Assembly: GCA_963729625.1 (NCBI GenBank)
Contig: CAVSOU010000017.1
Coordinates: 160,001-224,000 of the forward strand
DNA: 64,000 bases
From: an uncultured bacterium
GTDB taxonomy: Bacteria; Chloroflexota; UBA5177; JANWHV01
Direction: 5' to 3'
A program made the translations under genes and the position numbers. Positions 38,464-48,473 of this stretch are shown one piece after another; the stretch's first letter is position 1; each line of letters begins with the position of its first letter. Below the pieces are notes generated by a model, which was given only the letters and a program-made list of their open reading frames with translations, was not told where the DNA came from and did not search any database.

Positions 38464-40401
38464 ATGACAGCAAGGCTGTCCCGACACTCCAACCGATGGC
38501 CCAGGGCGGCTGCAACCATTCTGGTGGCAGGTATCACGGTACTTGCCGGATTGCCGTCCCACACGGCGACGGCCCGCGTCGCCGCCGATTCCGGCACCAC
38601 CTTCCTCGGCACGCCGAGAAGCCAGACCCTGATCGTCGATAATATCGACGGTCGTATCGCGACGCCCGGCAACTTCAATCCGTATGCCCCCGGCGTGCAG
38701 GTCGGCGGCGACGGCGTGCACGCGCTCAACTGGTCACCACTGTGGGAAATCGACACGGTCAAGGGTACCCAGTTCCCGGATCTCGCTTCCCAGCCCATTC
38801 AGCCGTTGGACAAGAACTGGACGCGATTCAAGATCACGCTCCGGCAGGGACTCACCTGGACTGACGGTGTAGCATTCAACGCAAACGATGTGCTCTTCAC
38901 CCTCAACATGCTCCTGTCCCATACGACATTGCCCGAAGGCGCCTATCTCAAGACGCTCATCAAAGCTGTCAAGCCGATCGACGACTACTCGATCGAGGTC
39001 GACACTTTCACCCGGCAGGCTCATATCCAGCGCATTCTGGGCTCCTACATCTGGGACTCCGGGTTCCGCGTAATTCCCGAGCACATTTGGAAGAACGTGA
39101 ATCCGCTGACCTACACGAATAACCCGCCGATCGGTCTCGGGCCCTACAAGCTTGTCAAGTTCGATCCCAATGGCTACTGGTTCCTATGGCAGCTGCGCGA
39201 CGACTGGCAGCATTCGGACGTGGGCCAAATTGAAGGCAAGCCGGGACCCAAGTACTTGCTGGTCCAATTCTATGGCACGGAGCAGCAGCGTGTGATTGCG
39301 GCCATTCAGCACAAGCTCGATGTCTTGATGCCCGTCTCCCCCAACGGCTGGGGAGTCATGAAGTCCCGCGACTCCTACGCTTTGGCGTGGTACAAAGACT
39401 TCCCCTACGCCGATGAGAACGATCCCGCGAATCGCTCGATCACCTTCAACGATCAGACCTATCCCTATAACATGTGGCAAGTGCGCTGGGCACTGGCGCT
39501 CTCGATCAACCTGCCGCAGGTGACCCTGTCATACGGCGGCATGCTCCGCGCATCGATCCTGCCGTTCCCGGCGACCGACCTCGCCGAACAGACCGTCTAC
39601 AAATCGATAGAGCCGTGGCTGGCGCAGTTCGCTTTGCCTGACGGCTTCAGGCCCTACGATCCCAACTACGCGTCTGAAGTCGTCTCGTTGCTCAAGCAGC
39701 GCGGATTCTCTGGGCTGCCGACGGATCCCGCGGAGATTACCCATCTGTTTGGCCCGGGCTGGTTCAAGTATGATCCGCAGGAAGCATCCAAGCTGCTGAA
39801 GAGCGTGGGCTTCAAGTTCTCAGCCGGTACGTGGATCATGCCAAACGGCAACCCCTGGAGCATCATCGTGAACGGCCCCGCAAACTTCGAGCCTGAATCA
39901 GGAAATCTCGCGTTCGCTGTCGCCAACCAGTGGAAGCAGTTCGGCATCGACGCAAGCGGTCAGGGCATGGACTCGACGAGCTTCTGGACCGCCTGGTCGC
40001 AGGGCACCTATCAGGCCGGCGCCTACTGGCCGGTCAACTTCCTGACGCCGGACTCCTCAGATCAGCTGACGCAGTTTGACGCGAAGTACCTCACAGCCAC
40101 CGGCAAGCCTGCCACGAGCAACGCCATCCGGTGGAACAATGCAGCGGCCTCTAAGATCGTCGAACAGATGCAGACGAATCCGCCTGAGGATCCACAGACC
40201 CTGAAGTTGGAGCAGCAGTTCCTGCAGATCTTCTTCAAGGAGATGCCGTTCATCCCAGGGTTCTGCTCGACGCAGCTGGTACCGGTGGACTCGTACTACT
40301 GGACGAACTTCCCGACCTCGACCAACCAATACGATGGGCCATGGTGGTGGTGGTCGAACTTCAAGTTCATCCTTCCCAACATCAAGCCGACGGGGAAATA
40401 G
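38464..40401 (+). CDS. ABC substrate-binding protein, family 5 (oligosaccharide-binding type)
   Basis: Signal peptide; PRSQTLI, LRQGLTWTDGVAFNANDVLFT, PIGLGPYKL, VRWALALSIN; Trp-rich. Confidence 0.92.
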   Translation: MTARLSRHSNRWPRAAATILVAGITVLAGLPSHTATARVAADSGTTFLGTPRSQTLIVDNIDGRIATPGNFNPYAPGVQVGGDGVHALNWSPLWEIDTVKGTQFPDLASQPIQPLDKNWTRFKITLRQGLTWTDGVAFNANDVLFTLNMLLSHTTLPEGAYLKTLIKAVKPIDDYSIEVDTFTRQAHIQRILGSYIWDSGFRVIPEHIWKNVNPLTYTNNPPIGLGPYKLVKFDPNGYWFLWQLRDDWQHSDVGQIEGKPGPKYLLVQFYGTEQQRVIAAIQHKLDVLMPVSPNGWGVMKSRDSYALAWYKDFPYADENDPANRSITFNDQTYPYNMWQVRWALALSINLPQVTLSYGGMLRASILPFPATDLAEQTVYKSIEPWLAQFALPDGFRPYDPNYASEVVSLLKQRGFSGLPTDPAEITHLFGPGWFKYDPQEASKLLKSVGFKFSAGTWIMPNGNPWSIIVNGPANFEPESGNLAFAVANQWKQFGIDASGQGMDSTSFWTAWSQGTYQAGAYWPVNFLTPDSSDQLTQFDAKYLTATGKPATSNAIRWNNAAASKIVEQMQTNPPEDPQTLKLEQQFLQIFFKEMPFIPGFCSTQLVPVDSYYWTNFPTSTNQYDGPWWWWSNFKFILPNIKPTGK

Positions 40402-40467
40402 CCGACACGAGCGCCTGTCTTGCATGGATCGCCGTGCGGTGACGAGATCCGCGCATGATAGGCGCAG

Positions 40468-40506
40468 CCTGGCTTCGGCAGTGCTTTCGGCACTGCCGAA
40501 GCCAGG
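40468..40506 (+). other. 17-bp-stem intercistronic hairpin after the binding-protein gene
   Basis: CCTGGCTTCGGCAGTGC-TTTCG-GCACTGCCGAAGCCAGG; typical position for an mRNA-stabilising or attenuating stem. Confidence 0.7.
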
Positions 40507-40562
40507 GTTCGCAGGAACAGTGAGCACGCAGCTGGAGCTCGCACGGCAGAAGGAAGGCGACA

Positions 40563-41561
40563 GTGCGTTTCGTTGGTTTTCTCATTGCACGGACGCTCAC
40601 GTTTGTCGTGGTGATCTGGATCGGTGTGACGACGGTCTTCTTCATCCCCCGGATGCTCCCGAGCAACCCCGTGGACGCTATGATGGGGCGCATCACCTCT
40701 CAGGGCGCCTTCATGACACCGGAAGCGATGCAGGCAATTCGTTCGTCGCTCACCGACCTCTTCGGCCTCAAGGGCTCGACCTGGGACCAGTACCTGCACT
40801 TTCTGGGCCGCGTCTTCTTCACGCACGATTTTGGTCCCTCGCTCGCCAACTATCCGACGCCGGTCAGTACCTTGATCGCCAGTGCGCTGCCGTGGACCCT
40901 CGGCCTCTTGCTCACCTCGACGCTCCTGGCGTGGGTCGTCGGAAACCTGATCGGCCTGCTCGCCGGCTATCGCAGCACCAAGCTCTCGTCCCGCATCCTC
41001 GAGGCTGTCTCCATGTTCCTGTACCCGATTCCCTACTACATCCTGGCCCTCATTCTGATGATTCTCCTGACGTATGTGTTCCCCGTGTTCCCCATCTCCA
41101 ACGACATGACCGGCAGCGGGCTGACCTGGGAGCATGTATCCAGCATCCTCTATAACTCGCTGCTGCCGGCCCTGTCGATCGTCATCGTCGGCATCGGCTG
41201 GTGGGTGATCAGCATGAAGGCGCTTGCCTCCGACATCGCCGAAGAAGACTTCGTGCAGTTCGCACGCTTGAAGGGCCTGCGGGATCGGCGGATCATGGCG
41301 CGCTACGTGCTGCCCAACGCCATTCTGCCGCAGATCACGGTCCTGGCCCTGCAGCTCGGCAGTGTGTTCAGCGGCGCACTGATTACCGAGGTGCTGTTCA
41401 GCTATCCCGGGATCGGGACGCTGATGTTCAACGCCATCCTGCAATCCGACTACAACCTGATGATGGCCACGATCGCGCTTTCAGTGGAGGCAGTTGCGTT
41501 TGCCGCTCTTGTGGTCGACCTGCTGTACCCCTTCCTGGACCCGAGGATCCGGCTACGGTGA
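40563..41561 (+). CDS. ABC permease (OppB-like)
   Basis: DFGPSL, LPWTLGLL, FARLKGL, LITEVLFSYPGIG, DLLYPFLDPRIR. Confidence 0.95.
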   Translation: MRFVGFLIARTLTFVVVIWIGVTTVFFIPRMLPSNPVDAMMGRITSQGAFMTPEAMQAIRSSLTDLFGLKGSTWDQYLHFLGRVFFTHDFGPSLANYPTPVSTLIASALPWTLGLLLTSTLLAWVVGNLIGLLAGYRSTKLSSRILEAVSMFLYPIPYYILALILMILLTYVFPVFPISNDMTGSGLTWEHVSSILYNSLLPALSIVIVGIGWWVISMKALASDIAEEDFVQFARLKGLRDRRIMARYVLPNAILPQITVLALQLGSVFSGALITEVLFSYPGIGTLMFNAILQSDYNLMMATIALSVEAVAFAALVVDLLYPFLDPRIRLR

Positions 41562-41597
41562 TGTGCGCTCAACGAGTTGATCCGGAAGGCCCGTGCT

Positions 41598-42515
41598 ATG
41601 TCTGCTGAAGTTGCCGATTTGCTGCCCGACGCGCCCGATCCAGTTGCGCCTCCGCAGTCTACACGGCTCGGAGGCCGGTTCGTGGCTGGAATCCTGCGGT
41701 GGAACCCGCGGCTCAAATTCGGCGCGCTTATCTCGGGTTTCTTTTTGATCATGGGCTTCGTTGTGCCGTTCTTCCCGCATTCCGATCCGACGATGTGGAA
41801 CCTCATCCCCAGTAATCTGTCGCCAAGCACGGATCACTGGCTGGGCACAACGGACCTCGGCCAGGACACGTTCTGGTTTCTCGTGCTTGGCATCCACAAT
41901 TCCCTGATTATCGGACTGATTGTGGCGACGCTGGCCACCACGATCGGCGTCGTCGTCGGACTCATCGCCGGGTATAAGGGCGGCATCATCGACCGTGTGC
42001 TGATGGTGCTCATGGACACGTTCATCGTGATCCCGTCGTTGCCGATCCTGATCCTGATCGCATCCATCCTGAAAGGCAGGGCGTCACTCATTACCATTGC
42101 GCTCGTGTTGGTGATGTTCAATTGGCCATGGCCCGCGCGACAGTCGCGCGCTATGACCCTGAGCTTGCGCGAACGCGAGTTTGTCAATACCGCCTGGTTT
42201 TCGGGCGAGTCCACCGTGCGGATTGTAGTCTTTGAGATATTCCCCTTCATCCGGACCTGGGCGATGGCCAACTTCGTGAATACCATCCTGGTCGCGATCG
42301 GCACCGAAGCTGGGCTCGCCGTTATCGGTCTGTCCAACATGCAGCAGGCTACGCTTGGCACGATGATTTACTGGGCGATTCAGCATGAGGCACTGCTGAT
42401 GGGAGCCTGGTACTGGATTGGCTCTCCGGTGGTCGTGATCGTCACTATGTTTCTCGGTCTGTTCGCGTTCTCGACAGGCGTAGTACAGCTTTCAACGTCG
42501 CGAAGGGGGCGCTAG
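41598..42515 (+). CDS. ABC permease (OppC-like)
   Basis: HWLGTTDLGQD, GLIAGYKGG, WPWPAR, LREREFV, TLGTMIYWA. Confidence 0.95.
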   Translation: MSAEVADLLPDAPDPVAPPQSTRLGGRFVAGILRWNPRLKFGALISGFFLIMGFVVPFFPHSDPTMWNLIPSNLSPSTDHWLGTTDLGQDTFWFLVLGIHNSLIIGLIVATLATTIGVVVGLIAGYKGGIIDRVLMVLMDTFIVIPSLPILILIASILKGRASLITIALVLVMFNWPWPARQSRAMTLSLREREFVNTAWFSGESTVRIVVFEIFPFIRTWAMANFVNTILVAIGTEAGLAVIGLSNMQQATLGTMIYWAIQHEALLMGAWYWIGSPVVVIVTMFLGLFAFSTGVVQLSTSRRGR

Positions 42516-42516
42516 C

Positions 42517-43482
42517 ATGCTGACGCTGGCCGGAGTAACCGCACGCTACGAGACACAGCGCGGGGTTGTGCACGCCGTGACCGATGTCGGCTTTACGGTC
42601 GGCGACGACGAAATCTTCGGCATCGCCGGCGAGTCTGGCTGTGGCAAGTCCACGCTGCTCAAGATCATGTATGGCAACGTCCGACAGCCGATGCGTCTGG
42701 TACGCGGTACGGTGACGCTCACTGCTGCCAGCCTGTCGGGGGCAAGTCAAGAGCTCTGCAATGAGACGATCCAACGGGGTTGGTGGAAGACCATCTCCTA
42801 TGTCCCGCAGGGCGCCATGAGCGTGCTCAACCCGGTGGCCAGGGTCGAGAGCCAGTTTCTGGATGCTATCACAGCGTCTCATCAGCGCAATAAGCGCGCC
42901 CTGCGCGGAGAGATTGTGTCCTATTTGAGCGACCTGGGCCTATCGAGCGACGTGCTGCGCGCCTACCCGCACCAGCTCAGCGGCGGGATGCGCCAACGGG
43001 TGGTCATCGCCATGGCGACGTTTCTCCATCCGGCCGTAGTGCTGGCGGACGAGCCGACCACGGCGCTCGACGTCGTCGTGCAGCGTGGCATTCTGGCCCT
43101 CTTGACACGATTGCAGGCAAAAATGCAGAATGCGTTGATCATCGTGTCCCACGACATGGGGGTGCACTACCAGGTCACTCATCGCCTGGGGATCATGTAC
43201 GCCGGCCGAATGGTCGAGCGCGGGCCGACCGAACGCGTGTTTCAGCGGCGCCTGCATCCCTACACCAGCGCACTGATCGATTCGCTGCCGAAGATTGGCG
43301 ATGACGCCCGTCGTGAGGGGATTCGCGGACTTCCTCCGGGTCTTCTCGCGGCCTCGCGCGGCTGTCCGTTCGCCGCACGCTGCCCATCAGTGATGGATGT
43401 GTGCACTCAGGTCACGCCGCCCGCGCGCGAAGTTGAGCCAGGTCATGTTGTTGAGTGCCATCTGTACGGTGAGCGAGGCTGA
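42517..43482 (+). CDS. ABC ATPase (OppD-like)
   Basis: GESGCGKST, YPHQLSGGMRQR, ADEPTTALD, HPYT, GCPFAARC. Confidence 0.96.
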   Translation: MLTLAGVTARYETQRGVVHAVTDVGFTVGDDEIFGIAGESGCGKSTLLKIMYGNVRQPMRLVRGTVTLTAASLSGASQELCNETIQRGWWKTISYVPQGAMSVLNPVARVESQFLDAITASHQRNKRALRGEIVSYLSDLGLSSDVLRAYPHQLSGGMRQRVVIAMATFLHPAVVLADEPTTALDVVVQRGILALLTRLQAKMQNALIIVSHDMGVHYQVTHRLGIMYAGRMVERGPTERVFQRRLHPYTSALIDSLPKIGDDARREGIRGLPPGLLAASRGCPFAARCPSVMDVCTQVTPPAREVEPGHVVECHLYGERG

Positions 43483-43487
43483 AGCGT

Positions 43488-44519
43488 ATGAGCGCGGCAC
43501 CAGTGGCGTTGCTTGACATCCAGAACGTATCCAAAATCTACCGGGTTGGCGGGATGTTCACCGGATCGCACCTCGCCGCCGTGGACCAGGTAACGCTGTC
43601 CATGGCTGGAGATCGGGCGACTATCCTCAGCGTTGTGGGCGAGTCGGGGAGCGGCAAGACGACGTTGGCGCGCATGATACTACGGCTTCAGGAGCCAACC
43701 CGTGGCGCGATTGCCGTCGGATCGATGCGCATCGCTGCGCGATCACGGAACAGGTTCGATAGCGTTGCGTTCCGGCGTCTGGTGCAGCCGATCTTCCAGA
43801 ATCCGTTTGAGGCCTTGAGCGCTCGCAGGAAGGTTAGCTCCTACCTGTTCGACACGGCCGTGCGACTAAAGGTTGTACGGTCGAGAAGTGCCGCAAGACA
43901 GGCGGTGTCCGATGCACTGTCTTCGGTCGGTTTGGATCTGCACTACGTACAGGGTAAGTACCCAAGCCACTTCTCGGGGGGAGAACTGCAGCGTATCTCG
44001 GTTGCACGCGCGCTCATCAGCCGACCCAGGCTCATCGTGGCCGACGAACCCGTCGCCATGATTGATGCCTCGCTCAAGATGAATATCGTCAACCTGTTCC
44101 TGAAGCTCAAGCAAGAGCATGGCATCAGCTTCGTCTACATCACGCACGATCTCTCGACCGCCTATTATGTCAGCGACTACATCGCGGTGATGTACCGAGG
44201 CAGCGTCGTGGAGTACGGCCTATCAGGCGCCATCCTGACTGCTCCAGCTCATCCGTACACAGAACTCCTGATGGCTGCGATCCCCGCCGTCGGTGTCAAG
44301 TGGGATCCCGCGCGCGAAGTGACCGACATCAGCGTGGATCTCGCACGTGCGACGGGGGGCTGCAAGTTTGCCGGCCGATGTCCCTATGCACAGGCGATAT
44401 GCCGTACGTCAAAGCCACCGCTGGTCGACCTCCCGGGCGAGCGACAGGTGCTCTGTTTCAGACCCGTGGACTACCGGGCTGATCGGTCGCTCGCTGATAC
44501 TTCGCGCAGTCCGGGGTAG
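43488..44519 (+). CDS. ABC ATPase (OppF-like)
   Basis: GESGSGKTT, FSGGELQR, ADEPVAMID, HPYT, GCKFAGRC. Confidence 0.96.
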   Translation: MSAAPVALLDIQNVSKIYRVGGMFTGSHLAAVDQVTLSMAGDRATILSVVGESGSGKTTLARMILRLQEPTRGAIAVGSMRIAARSRNRFDSVAFRRLVQPIFQNPFEALSARRKVSSYLFDTAVRLKVVRSRSAARQAVSDALSSVGLDLHYVQGKYPSHFSGGELQRISVARALISRPRLIVADEPVAMIDASLKMNIVNLFLKLKQEHGISFVYITHDLSTAYYVSDYIAVMYRGSVVEYGLSGAILTAPAHPYTELLMAAIPAVGVKWDPAREVTDISVDLARATGGCKFAGRCPYAQAICRTSKPPLVDLPGERQVLCFRPVDYRADRSLADTSRSPG

Positions 44520-44829
44520 CCAAGGAGCCGCAGTGCATGCGCCCGGGCGCGGACATCGACAAGGGATCCGTTTGCTCGTGAAGAATGCAGTGAGCTGAGG
44601 ACTCCCTGCTCGAACCGCGGTCTCCGCATAGCCGCGGTATCCGCGTTTCAGTCCGCGCGCGCCTCAGATCCTCTCCAGGTCTATGGTATGGGGCAGACCT
44701 TTGTGCGAGAAGAACATTGCTCTGACAGAAGGATCGCTGCTATCACAGAAGGTACACCGTTATCCGAGTGTACGCGTGACTTCACGCGCGATACCGCCTG
44801 GATCGGTATACCTGCTGAGGAGAGCAACT

Positions 44830-45717
44830 ATGCGCATCACTGCCGACACGCTGCCAGGTGTCCCCGCACTCTGCCGCTTCCATCTCAAGGACGCCGCCGC
44901 GCACCTTGGCTGGTGGGATGGCAACACAATCGTCGATCTGAGGGACTCGCGTGGAGACGCCGTCACGCTCGCCGGGCTGCTCGATGACGCAATACCGTTG
45001 ACGCAGGCCGCCACGGACCTGGCCCGTCACGCGCCACGCTATGAGCTCGAGGAGATCGCCTTGTTGCCGCCGATCGACACGCAGGAGATCTGGGCGGCAG
45101 GCGTAACCTACGAGCGCAGCCGGCAGGCACGAATGACGGAGAGCGAAAGCGCGGCGGACATGTACTGGAACGTGTACATTGCCGAGCGGCCTGAGCTGTT
45201 TTACAAGGGCACGGCGCGGTTGACGGCCGGCCCGGGGCAGCCGATCCGGGTGCGCGCCGACTCGCGCTGGTCCGTGCCTGAGCCGGAGCTCACGCTGCTC
45301 ATCGACCCGCGTATGCACATTGCCGGTTTCACGATTGGCAACGACGTCAGCGCCCGTGATATCGAGGGCGAGAACCCGCTGTATCTGCCGCAGGCCAAGA
45401 TATTCGCGGGCTCATGCGCGCTCGGCCCGTGGATCGTGCCAAGCGAAAGCGTCGCCGATCCGTACGCGCTTTCCATCACCTGCTGCATCACTCGTGACGG
45501 AGTGCCCCTCTGGCAGGATGCAACGTCCACGGCACAGCTGCACCGGCGTTTTGACGAACTGCTGGCGTACCTGTATCAGGCCATGACGTTTCCTGATGGG
45601 GTATTCCTCCTCACCGGTACGTGCCTCGTGCCCCCCGACACCTTGAGTCTGCAGACCGGAGACATCGTGGAAATCAAGATCGCGGGACTTGGCGCGCTGC
45701 GAAACCCCGTCGGGTAG
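44830..45717 (+). CDS. FAH-family protein, KdaD-like 2-keto-3-deoxy-D-pentonate dehydratase
   Basis: EIWAAGVTYERSR, VYIAERPELFYK, RADSRWSVPEPEL, GNDVSARDIEGENPLYLPQAK, LTGT. Confidence 0.85.
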   Translation: MRITADTLPGVPALCRFHLKDAAAHLGWWDGNTIVDLRDSRGDAVTLAGLLDDAIPLTQAATDLARHAPRYELEEIALLPPIDTQEIWAAGVTYERSRQARMTESESAADMYWNVYIAERPELFYKGTARLTAGPGQPIRVRADSRWSVPEPELTLLIDPRMHIAGFTIGNDVSARDIEGENPLYLPQAKIFAGSCALGPWIVPSESVADPYALSITCCITRDGVPLWQDATSTAQLHRRFDELLAYLYQAMTFPDGVFLLTGTCLVPPDTLSLQTGDIVEIKIAGLGALRNPVG

Positions 45718-46011
45718 CCAGGTAACATGTGCTTTCTGACGGGGAGATCAGACAACGTCGGGAGGGAAAAAGTGAAGCCTCGCACGCACACAAGCCTATC
45801 CGTCTGCTTTTCCGCGCTTCTCTCTATTCTAGCGACGCTGGCTCTTCGCCGGCTCACAGTGCTGCGGACAGGCGAGGATGGAGCGGTGAAAAGGCCACAT
45901 GCGCCGTCAGTGGTGGTGGTGTTCATGCCGATCGTCGCCGGCAACCAATGGCTGCTGCCGCGACGACCGGAAGGACCAGCGCCACAAGAACAAGCGTAAG
46001 GCGAAAGGCCA

Positions 46012-47277
46012 CTATCCCCAGCTGAACACGAGCCGCGTCGAACGCCGATCGAGCGCCACGTTGTCCGGTGCACGGTGGTACGGCACGTCGATCGGAAAGG
46101 CGCGCAGGAGCACGCCGCCGAGGGCGCCACCGTGTTCCTGGCTGAAGGGCCGGCGTGCCCGGTCCCAAGCGACAACCTGGGCGACGAGGCGTTGGGCGAG
46201 CTCGTCATCCGGGCCGAAAGAGCGAACGAGCAGCGCGTGGCGGGCGCTGGAAAACGGGGACCTGTCCAGGGCGGAAGGGAGACCTTGCACGCTGGCGAGA
46301 AGCGCGAGTGTAGAGTCGTGGCACAACCCCACCGCCGGCACAGGCGTCTGCCCGGCGTGGCTCTCGCGCGCGAGCAGATCGCAGAAGTCGGGTTCGTGGA
46401 GTGCGAGCCACAGGCGGAGTCCATGCAGCTCGTATGACTGCACTGCCACGTCGATGGGGCGGTCGCAATGGGCCCCGGTAAGCACCATGGCGATGCCGCC
46501 GGCGTCTACTGTCGCGTTGGTCAGGAGCCGGATCTCTCTTTCCCTGTTCAGGAAAAGAGGGGCGGCCCTGGCTGCCTCGAACGCTCCTCTCAACGGCACG
46601 AACCGGCAATAGGAGAGACAGCGACTCTCCAGATAGCCGTCGATGCGATCGAAGGCCGCCAGGATCTGGTGTCCTAGCATTATGTCAAGATCTGTCAGTC
46701 CCAGCGGCACGACCAGGCGGCCGCCTGGTCGCAGCTGCTCGTGCCAGGCGGGAGGAATATCGGCCGCGCCCACGGTTACGATAAGGCGGTCGTAGGGGGC
46801 CGCTGGGCCGTATCCGGCGCCGCCGTCTCCGCAGCGCACGATGACGCGCGCGAAGCTGGCCGCGCTGAGATGTGTTCGAGCGGCATCCGTGATGTCGCGG
46901 TCGATATCGATGGTAACTACCTGCCCATGCTCGCCGACCACATAGGCCAGCAGGGCCGCGTTATAACCGGTGCCGGCTCCGATTTCCAGGACCTGCTGGC
47001 CCGCCTTGAGATCCAGCTGCTCGAGCATGATAGCCATCATCGACGGCTGCGAGGAGGAGCTGACGGTCTGCCCATCCGCCGTTTTGGTCACGATGGAAGC
47101 GTCGTTGTAGACCTTGCCGAGCGGCACACCGGGCAAGAAGAGATGTCGCGGCACGGCGCGGAACGCTGCTTCGATCCGGCCGCCGCGGATGGTACCTTCT
47201 CGCACCATCCTGTCGACCAGGGCTCGCTGCAGGGCAGCGGGATCCTCGGTCCCGGCATGGAATCTGGATGCGCTCAT
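46012..47277 (-). CDS. Protein-L-isoaspartate O-methyltransferase-like protein with C-terminal extension (FxLD/RiPP-associated type)
   Basis: AFRAVPRHLFLP, SSSSQPSMMAIMLEQL, VLEIGAGTGYNAALLA, APYDRLIVT, LRPGGRLVVP, plus a long extra C-terminal region. Confidence 0.88.
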   Translation of the reverse strand: MSASRFHAGTEDPAALQRALVDRMVREGTIRGGRIEAAFRAVPRHLFLPGVPLGKVYNDASIVTKTADGQTVSSSSQPSMMAIMLEQLDLKAGQQVLEIGAGTGYNAALLAYVVGEHGQVVTIDIDRDITDAARTHLSAASFARVIVRCGDGGAGYGPAAPYDRLIVTVGAADIPPAWHEQLRPGGRLVVPLGLTDLDIMLGHQILAAFDRIDGYLESRCLSYCRFVPLRGAFEAARAAPLFLNREREIRLLTNATVDAGGIAMVLTGAHCDRPIDVAVQSYELHGLRLWLALHEPDFCDLLARESHAGQTPVPAVGLCHDSTLALLASVQGLPSALDRSPFSSARHALLVRSFGPDDELAQRLVAQVVAWDRARRPFSQEHGGALGGVLLRAFPIDVPYHRAPDNVALDRRSTRLVFSWG

Positions 47278-47501
47278 GCTGCCGTCCCTCACATTGCCGC
47301 CGATACAGGCAGGATACCGCGTATCTCCAGTCGCTTGGCCCGGCCATGCCAGGCGTGGCGTACAGCGTATGATGGGACGGCGCGCCCGGGGTGGGCGGTC
47401 GAGGGTCTACGTGGACCTGGCCGCATGTGACATGCTCGTGGCGGCGCAGCGCACCTACGTCTACTACAGGCAATGGCTGCCGTCGCGTGCTATGGAAGCT
47501 T

Positions 47502-48347
47502 TCAGCACGTCATCGGCGCTAGAGGCGCCAAAACGCTGTCCATTTCGCAGTAGTGGAGGCGCCAGGTGACCGTCGTGGTGGCCGTGCCGTGTTCACCGTC
47601 CGCGATTCCGTCATCGTTCTGGGTAATCTTGCCGGTGAGCAGGCGAGCGCTATTGGGATTCCTGTTGGGATGCCCCTCGATGGCTATTGGAAAGTAGTGC
47701 GACTCCGCGGGCTGGGACGTTTGCACCCAGCCATGGGGGTTCGTCTGGAGGCACGGATTGCTTTCTACGTCGATGTCCTGATGACGATCCTTGCCGGGGA
47801 ACGTATCGGAGGCGAACTTCAGCTCGATCTGATAGGGATCCACGAAGACCGGATGCGCAAGATCGTGCGTGAGCGATTCGAGGATTTGAATGTCCAGCTC
47901 GACGCCGGCATCACCCGTGTAGCTGCCGGTCTCTGTCTCATCCGTACCAAGCTTCTGTATGTAGGTGTGCTTCACGCCGTTGCACTCAACTTTGATTGGC
48001 GTCACCGTCAGGTCGCCATCGTGATTGGCGATGGTCTCGGTCACGCGCGCCAGGTATCCGCCGATCTTGTCGCTGTAGAGCGCCTTCACGACGACGTGCA
48101 TCGTGTGCAGATGATTGGTGAAACTGTTGTGGCTCACGCCTCCGTGGGATGACTTCCCGCTGCTGTTTATCTGTTGTACGTAGTCGATCGTTCCCGTCAG
48201 CGACGAGTAATGTTGTTTCGCGAGAGTTGGATACGCTCGGGCGGAACGGTCCGCGGCGCGGGGCAGAGTCCAGGCGAGCAATATGACGAGAGCCAGGGCC
48301 AGGCGCGGCAGCGTCCGCGCGGCCGCCCGTCGTGTGAGAGCCACCAT
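47502..48347 (-). CDS. Secreted hypothetical protein
   Basis: Signal-peptide-like N-terminus (TRRAAART...LALALVILLAW) and a Thr-rich body; purine-rich RBS. Confidence 0.7.
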   Translation of the reverse strand: MVALTRRAAARTLPRLALALVILLAWTLPRAADRSARAYPTLAKQHYSSLTGTIDYVQQINSSGKSSHGGVSHNSFTNHLHTMHVVVKALYSDKIGGYLARVTETIANHDGDLTVTPIKVECNGVKHTYIQKLGTDETETGSYTGDAGVELDIQILESLTHDLAHPVFVDPYQIELKFASDTFPGKDRHQDIDVESNPCLQTNPHGWVQTSQPAESHYFPIAIEGHPNRNPNSARLLTGKITQNDDGIADGEHGTATTTVTWRLHYCEMDSVLAPLAPMTC

Positions 48348-48473
48348 CCTACCTTCCCTCCGTATGCGATGTCACAAATCAGACGGGAGCCAACCACACC
48401 AATTCTATCCTGGGCAACAAGAGTTTGACTGATGTCTGAGCGATGCATGCGCGAACCTTGCAGCGTGACAGTT

